Below the pieces are notes generated by a model that made no database searches, was not told the origin of the DNA, and saw nothing but the letters and a program-made list of their open reading frames with translations. Below are positions 58,169 to 64,000 of a stretch of DNA of 64,000 nucleotides, piece by piece (position 1 is the stretch's first letter; the number at the start of each line of letters is the position of its first letter). Where the stretch lies: the UHGV virus genome UHGV-0218015; one strand, 5' to 3'. The position numbers and the translations under genes were made by a program. This stretch comes from a virus.

Positions 58169-58564
58169 TTATGGGTTAGAACAACCACCTGCACAAGAAC
58201 CACTACACCCCGAGGAACAACGTCCAGCACATCCCCCACTACAAGTCCCACTACATCCTGAACAACCACCCGAACACGTTCCGCTACAACCACTGCATTG
58301 ATTACCACACGCAGAGGAACAGCTTCCTACGCACACCGATGTACATGTACCTGAACAACTCGTACAACCATGCGTACAACCGTTTGAGCATGTCCAGCTA
58401 CAGCTACCTCCACAATCTAATCGACCGGGTGTCCAACCTGAAAATGAATCAGCAGCGTTATGTGCTTTCGACGCAACTTGCGGATCAACACGTGGGCCAG
58501 TTGCCATTTGGTTCTCTACGTTGGTGATTCGGTCACGCACATTTTTAACACTGATCGCCATCAC
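58169..58564 (-). CDS. Cys-rich precursor-like peptide P1 (131 aa)
   Basis: Leader ISVKNVRDRITNVEN; core DCGGSCSWTCS plus ~20 Cys in CSG-type repeats. Confidence 0.6.
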   Translation of the reverse strand: MMAISVKNVRDRITNVENQMATGPRVDPQVASKAHNAADSFSGWTPGRLDCGGSCSWTCSNGCTHGCTSCSGTCTSVCVGSCSSACGNQCSGCSGTCSGGCSGCSGTCSGGCAGRCSSGCSGSCAGGCSNP

Positions 58565-58587
58565 GTATCCTTAAAATAAAAAAGAAT

Positions 58588-58612
58588 GGAGGACTACGTC
58601 CATAAACATAGT
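58588..58612 (-). terminator. weak terminator candidate between fibre-like gene and P1
   Basis: Short palindrome ggactacgtcc followed on the minus strand by a T-run, then the P1 SD. Confidence 0.3.
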
Positions 58613-58628
58613 TCCTCCTGTAATTAAA

Positions 58629-59828
58629 TTATTTCGTACCTGCTTCTGCCTGAACGTCATCACGGGACGTCAGGTTAGCGTTAACGTGTACTGAAGCCTG
58701 AACCACACCACCGTATTTCTTGTGGAGATAACCTGTGTGTGGGTTATCTGCCGCAATATGGTTTTGTAGGTTCTGATTCGCCTGACTGATTGCGTTCGTG
58801 TTATTCGCAACCTGTTGTTTAAGCGCATCCAAGTTTTGTTGCAGATTATCAATTTTCTGATCGGTCTCATTACCCCGCTGTTCTAACGCAGCAATGCGCT
58901 GAATCGCTTGGTTGAGTTTGGTGTTCAGATCGTTGATATTTTTCTGTAACTGTAACACTAACGAGTTTAGGTTCGCCAGCGCCAGTGCCATTTTCTGATA
59001 GTTTTGTGCAACGACGTTAAGTTGGTCGTTCCACGCTTCCAGAGATTTGACAACAGCATCAATACGTTTTCCTAACGCTTCGTCCGCTTTCTTCAATGCA
59101 TTGATATCGGCAATCGTTGCATCAATGGCTGTCTGAACACTGCGAATTAAAGCGCGGATCTCCGTTTCCGTTAACCCGTTAACCTGATGAATATCCAGAT
59201 GGTGGACATTACCAGTAGAGTTAATGTGCGCGTTCAGCGCGTCCAGGAAATCGTTTTTCAGGCTATCGAGAATCGCTTTGATGTTCTCAAGCTGTACAGC
59301 ATCACCCGCAGTTATCGCATCTTTAATGCCAGCGAGCACTGTAATGATATATTCGAAGCCGTAAATATCACCGACGTCTTTATACGTTGGTGCTGAAGGA
59401 AACGTGTCCGGCACATTTCGCAAGTCTTTAAAGCCAACAGTTCGATTATCGAGTTTCAACTCGGCAATCGCTTGCTCAATCGCGGTCACATTTGCAGACT
59501 GAGGACCACCAACTACTTGCGCCGATACCGTGATATCGGTCGGAATCGCGGTGTTCGTTACAACAACCGCCATTACCACTTCCCGGTTCTTCGTCAATTT
59601 CTCATAAGCCGGGTGTGCAAAAATCAGTTCATAGTCCGTTCCACGCTCATATGTCGCTCCAGGTCGATTGGCAACCCGCAAGCGGAACGTATCGGCATAA
59701 AACGGACCATCAGGGAAAGCAAACGCACGGTTAACTTTGCCTGTACCTAACGTAATCTGACGCTCCACGGCGTTAGAGGTTAGGGTTCCCGTTAAATCTA
59801 AAGGGTATTGGTATACAATGGAGGCCAT
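58629..59828 (-). CDS. coiled-coil fibrous protein (tail fibre/whisker-like)
   Basis: ATG at 59828 after AAGGAGAG (track start 59954 lies inside upstream gene); long heptad-like Q/N/L-rich central region. Confidence 0.5.
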   Translation of the reverse strand: MASIVYQYPLDLTGTLTSNAVERQITLGTGKVNRAFAFPDGPFYADTFRLRVANRPGATYERGTDYELIFAHPAYEKLTKNREVVMAVVVTNTAIPTDITVSAQVVGGPQSANVTAIEQAIAELKLDNRTVGFKDLRNVPDTFPSAPTYKDVGDIYGFEYIITVLAGIKDAITAGDAVQLENIKAILDSLKNDFLDALNAHINSTGNVHHLDIHQVNGLTETEIRALIRSVQTAIDATIADINALKKADEALGKRIDAVVKSLEAWNDQLNVVAQNYQKMALALANLNSLVLQLQKNINDLNTKLNQAIQRIAALEQRGNETDQKIDNLQQNLDALKQQVANNTNAISQANQNLQNHIAADNPHTGYLHKKYGGVVQASVHVNANLTSRDDVQAEAGTK

Positions 59829-59868
59829 GGCCACTCTCCTTAATCCGAGACGTCCTTGTCTCGTGGCG

Positions 59869-62800
59869 TTAAGATGTAAACATAAGATTGAACTGGAGTT
59901 TATCGATATCGCGAGTTTGTGCTGGGTTAACCGCATCGTACGTGGTTGCCACATAGACCGTTAACGTGCCGTCAGAATACGCGGTTTTCACCGGTGGTGT
60001 AGTCCCTGTCTGTCCATCAGTTACAATGACGACAGGTTGAGCCGGGAGTTGACGAAACTGACTCTTAACCGCTTTATAGACCAAACCAGATTGTGCCGCT
60101 TGCTCTGTGGCGGTGTACACGATAAACGGTGTGTCGATATCTGTCTGTTTAATGACAGTGTTCGTCTCAACGTCAATCAGCTGAACAGCACCAAATTTGG
60201 TCCGGTAACTATCGTATTCATTTTTTGGAATGACAAACGTAGCATGAAGGCGGACTTCGGCGGCTGGCTTAAATCCCGCGTGTTCTTTTTCCAGGTAACT
60301 GTTAGCAGTTAGCGTTACTGTCTGTTCAGTCATCGTACCGCCAGACTGATTTAGCCCGTAACGAACTTGAGTTATACCTGTCGGGGCCGCAAGCCTGATT
60401 TTCAGTCTACGATTAGCAGTACCAGGATCGCCAGGTACTTTAACACGCAGACTCAATGCCAGATATGCATACTCGCCAGTAGTCGGTTTCGTATACGCGC
60501 CCAACCACTTCATGTTCGCGGTTGCTGCTTGTTTGTTCTCAGAAGCAGTAGCCGCTGCAACGTTCGCAGCAACCGCTTTCTGCCAGAACTGGTCAGCGCA
60601 GTTCTCATACGCCACCCTGCTGATACTTTTATAACCTGAATAGGTTTCCTGTACCGGCAACCTGGAACGTGTTGTAATCCCGGACAACGTATTCCATTTC
60701 TGACCATCGACATACCCAGCACCCTTGCTCGCAGATGCTGTAACGACTTTAACGGGTTTATTAACCAGCGTTAATAGTGGGCCAGTTTTCCTGTCGAATG
60801 CCTGCGCCACATCGTGTTGATCAACAATCGATGCATGATTTTCCAGCTCTTTTACGCGACCTAACCGTTTTACTTTATCGATACTGATATCCGTAATACG
60901 GTTCGAATCAGTGGTTACAGTCCCAACAAACAGTCTCGACGAGGTATCAGCTAACTGCTCTAAACCGATGCGGTATTGGGCAGTAGAACCGACCACTTCA
61001 GCATAAACGTAGAACGTCTGGTTAGCATGATTAGTCGGGAATTCATCGCTTAAATCAACGGACCATCTTGGAACGGTATATCTTTTATTTCCAAAACTTA
61101 ACTCGGTTTCCTCCGTCAGATAGAAATTCCAACCGCTCTGTGTTTGTACGCCGCCAATAATAATCTTATCGATAACAGTATATTTTTTGTTAAACAAATC
61201 AGAGATTCTATACTGTTCGCCACCGAGATACAACTCGTTTAAATCTTCCGAGTTACAAGTCAATAGCGCGATGCCCGAGAGATCGGGTATATAGACTTCA
61301 GATGTATTATTCAGCTTATACGTATAGCCCCACGCCCGATGAATTTCGCCGGTAAACCATTCGCCTTTTTTAGTCAAGTTTATCCCAAAAGCAAAAGAAA
61401 TCTCTGATCCTACAAGATTCCCACCAACCAGGTTATGTATTGAGAATCTGAACTTTTGTCCGTCTTGCGAATAAAGGAAAACTTGACCGGAGCGTTGTTT
61501 AAGTTCACCATTAAAAGCTGTGGGTGAGAGATTAATGGCGTTACTGGCCACTTTTTCCCTGAACGTCATCATTCTCGCTTCCGAACTAACGAACCTTATG
61601 ACCCCGTTGGTTATAGTCGGTTTTACCTGAAAGAAGTAAAAAGCAAACTTATTTACCCCGTCAGTGTCTTTATAGATAAGACTCACTATCGCGATACAAA
61701 GCGGACCACCAGACATCGTTTGACCAAGCACCCAAAAGGACAAACTGTAGTTGTTCTTTTTGGTCTTAGCTACGCTAATCCGCTCATAGGCGTTGCCGTT
61801 AGATGCCCCGGAGAACTGGCTGGACTGAACAATATTAGTCAGCTTCGCCCATTCTGCCGCATCGATAGACAACCGATCACTACCCACCGTAGTGGTACCG
61901 TAAACAACTGTACACGGTTTACTTTCGGCACCGATAAAATAAGCCCCTTCTAGTAGGCCGTTCGGTATTTCTGGCGTAACAACCAGCGGTATATTTGTCA
62001 ATATGCCGTATTCGTTCGCTGTTTTTTCAACACGGCGGGATGTTGGTCCAAAACCACCGTATCCAGGATAACCATAGGTCGTATTTTTATCATATTCGGC
62101 TTCAATGAAATAAGCCGATTTTTGATGTTTAAGCCATACTTTGTTTGTTCCTGGGAAGAACAATGGGAAGGTCATAGACGGTTTCCACACCGAACCCACC
62201 ACAGGGTTTATCCGATTTTCAAACGTAGATTGCCCCTCATACCCCACACTCAACTTAACATAGTCCAGATAACTAACTCCTTCTGGGAGTTTCTGGTAAT
62301 GGAGAGATGGTGCGAGTTGTTTTTCTGTCGAACAGCAGCAAGAATAAACCATATCACCGACACAGATTCTATTGTCGGCCATATAGCCAGAACTTCGAGT
62401 AGCCCATTTCCATTTCAGCTCTATTTTTGTTCCGTCTTTTAAGTAACAACCTGTAGTATCGATTTTGATTGGGAAGACGTTAGTTGTCTCTAACCCAACC
62501 TCCCCGGTTAATAGGTCAAGACGATAAGCACCATTCCATGGCCCGAATGTGGTACCTTTCGTTGAAGAAAAACCAAGACAAACACCAGACACGCCGACGG
62601 TTAACAAGTGACCGTCCTTAACAACGGGCGTTATCCATCTTGACGACCCTCTAGTTAATTGTAAGTTCACTGTCCACAACGCTTTGCCTTCCGCAGTGAA
62701 GTAGGCAAGACGCTTCGTATTCGGATTATCTACATCGAACGCGCCAGGTTCAACCAAATCGGCACACTTACCGATTTTTCGTGTAGACCTTAAATCAACC

Positions 62801-64000
62801 TGTTCAAACCGATCGGTTTTATTAAGCCGCAATAAGCCAACACGGAACATGGGTTGTGGGGTATCCTTAATGTAGTCCACCAGAGTATTGTTTTTCAGAT
62901 CGGCCATTAGCATCGTACGCAAAACATAGACGCCGTTATCGGCTATGACCACACGATCCATGAACATATTCGGCACAAATTCCCATGTTGTTTCTGAAAC
63001 AAATTCTGAGAAAGTTACCAACCTGACATCGGTATGTTTGGTGTAATCCATTGAACCGTTCAGTTTAACTAAATAATAATTATTGTCGCTGCCCTTCGCT
63101 ATAAATGCTTCGGTACCAGTAACGGTAATTTCTTTTAGTTCCACCCCCGGATAATTCGTCTCTAACCCTTTCGGCTTATAACGGAAAGTTGTTTTGTAAA
63201 TTTCACCGAGACTTTTGTCGTTTTTTAACCCAGCAACAGCGTAATAAATACCCTCAGTTCCCGGAAGGGCGGATTTAGAGCTAATTAAAGCATAAAGCTT
63301 ACCTTGTTGTACCCCTATAACCATCTGGAGCGCATCCATGTTTTTACCATAACCTTCGTAATTACCCATCGACAAGATCGGCAATATCGAATTGTTGGTA
63401 TATTTGCTCCCGGCCGTTGTCCATGAGGGCAAGAGGGTATTCAGTTTATCAGAGACCTTCTTAATCTCTTTTGCGAACAGCCACCCTTGGCGTGATGTGA
63501 CGGCTTTATCATTCGTGGTATCAATCGCATCCCACAGCTGTAAGATACCGTCCACTGTTGCGCTACCAATCGGGACATTATCCAAATCAGCGGTAGTGTG
63601 CGTGTGTACCTTCAAACTTTTATTTTTCAGCACGTTCGCTAATGCTTTTGTTACCGGTTTAGCGATGGGTGTGGTGTTATTCATCTTATCGATACCGAAA
63701 TCGGCCTTCGTTAAGGTTAACACCATGTTGTCGCCTGTCTTAACAAACCCTTTACCGTTAACCGTGTAGTCGTCGTCAACGTACAAGTCCAACCGGTTTT
63801 TTAACTCGGTCACAGCCTTTTGGGAAATAGCAGTGCCTAGCGCTACAGAGGTTGCGATATTCGTAATCGAAAACACCCCATAAACCGACTCGGTTGCTGT
63901 GGGAATATTCGCGTTCAACGTTAGTGGGTTAGACTGCTTCGCTGTACCGTACGGTTTTACGGTATCTGACGATTTGAAATAGGCATTCGCTTCAAGTAAC
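59869..64000 (-). CDS. very large structural-like protein, 5'-partial
   Basis: Minus-strand ORF; frame stays open from the track TTG at 63918 to the window edge, so the N-terminus is probably outside the window. Confidence 0.55.
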   Translation of the reverse strand, partial: LLEANAYFKSSDTVKPYGTAKQSNPLTLNANIPTATESVYGVFSITNIATSVALGTAISQKAVTELKNRLDLYVDDDYTVNGKGFVKTGDNMVLTLTKADFGIDKMNNTTPIAKPVTKALANVLKNKSLKVHTHTTADLDNVPIGSATVDGILQLWDAIDTTNDKAVTSRQGWLFAKEIKKVSDKLNTLLPSWTTAGSKYTNNSILPILSMGNYEGYGKNMDALQMVIGVQQGKLYALISSKSALPGTEGIYYAVAGLKNDKSLGEIYKTTFRYKPKGLETNYPGVELKEITVTGTEAFIAKGSDNNYYLVKLNGSMDYTKHTDVRLVTFSEFVSETTWEFVPNMFMDRVVIADNGVYVLRTMLMADLKNNTLVDYIKDTPQPMFRVGLLRLNKTDRFEQVDLRSTRKIGKCADLVEPGAFDVDNPNTKRLAYFTAEGKALWTVNLQLTRGSSRWITPVVKDGHLLTVGVSGVCLGFSSTKGTTFGPWNGAYRLDLLTGEVGLETTNVFPIKIDTTGCYLKDGTKIELKWKWATRSSGYMADNRICVGDMVYSCCCSTEKQLAPSLHYQKLPEGVSYLDYVKLSVGYEGQSTFENRINPVVGSVWKPSMTFPLFFPGTNKVWLKHQKSAYFIEAEYDKNTTYGYPGYGGFGPTSRRVEKTANEYGILTNIPLVVTPEIPNGLLEGAYFIGAESKPCTVVYGTTTVGSDRLSIDAAEWAKLTNIVQSSQFSGASNGNAYERISVAKTKKNNYSLSFWVLGQTMSGGPLCIAIVSLIYKDTDGVNKFAFYFFQVKPTITNGVIRFVSSEARMMTFREKVASNAINLSPTAFNGELKQRSGQVFLYSQDGQKFRFSIHNLVGGNLVGSEISFAFGINLTKKGEWFTGEIHRAWGYTYKLNNTSEVYIPDLSGIALLTCNSEDLNELYLGGEQYRISDLFNKKYTVIDKIIIGGVQTQSGWNFYLTEETELSFGNKRYTVPRWSVDLSDEFPTNHANQTFYVYAEVVGSTAQYRIGLEQLADTSSRLFVGTVTTDSNRITDISIDKVKRLGRVKELENHASIVDQHDVAQAFDRKTGPLLTLVNKPVKVVTASASKGAGYVDGQKWNTLSGITTRSRLPVQETYSGYKSISRVAYENCADQFWQKAVAANVAAATASENKQAATANMKWLGAYTKPTTGEYAYLALSLRVKVPGDPGTANRRLKIRLAAPTGITQVRYGLNQSGGTMTEQTVTLTANSYLEKEHAGFKPAAEVRLHATFVIPKNEYDSYRTKFGAVQLIDVETNTVIKQTDIDTPFIVYTATEQAAQSGLVYKAVKSQFRQLPAQPVVIVTDGQTGTTPPVKTAYSDGTLTVYVATTYDAVNPAQTRDIDKLQFNLMFTS

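Noticed and set aside
1-64000. tRNA genes, integrase or attachment sites, prophage boundaries
   Set aside because: All intergenic gaps are 206 bp or shorter and are occupied by terminators, promoter cassettes or SDs; no tyrosine/serine recombinase motifs seen. tRNAscan was not run, so small RNAs cannot be strictly excluded.
1-64000. Assigning the phage to a named genus or family (jumbo phiKZ-like, T5-like, Ackermannviridae, rV5-like)
   Set aside because: No hallmark structural or replication genes are recognisable by eye and composition was not computed; only gammaproteobacterial host affinity (Dam similarity, SD usage) is supported.

Overview
The window reads as a densely packed segment of a large virulent tailed bacteriophage genome; no host housekeeping genes, integrase or att sites are visible. 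Genes run on the + strand from the start to about 49.8 kb (one minus-strand gene at 4954-7671), followed by an isolated minus-strand lipoprotein gene, two more + genes, and a minus-strand block from 51.8 kb to the window end. Calls I can support from motifs: a Dam adenine methyltransferase (very close to enterobacterial Dam), a RuvC-like resolvase, a thymidylate-kinase-like protein, three GNAT acetyltransferases, an HslV-like Ntn-hydrolase, two receptor-binding-protein modules (a tail fibre with a C-terminal S74-type intramolecular chaperone, and a tailspike with an SGNH/SASA esterase motif), a GH108 muramidase, an M15 peptidase and two lipoproteins. Most other ORFs are hypothetical. More than 20 hairpin/T-run terminators and a conserved promoter-like cassette recur between genes. 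The most unusual locus is at 52.9-58.6 kb on the minus strand, embedded among tail-fibre-like genes: three radical-SAM enzymes (one with a SPASM-type C-terminal Cys cluster) interleaved with three Cys/Gly/Ser-rich peptides that share a conserved leader. I interpret it as a candidate phage-encoded RiPP-like maturation system, possibly virion-associated. A G9 tract at the end of one peptide gene would fuse it to the downstream protein after a 1-nt slip, and three further long G tracts lie in or near the receptor-binding region. All calls rest on reading the sequence and remembered family motifs; no database search or computation was run.
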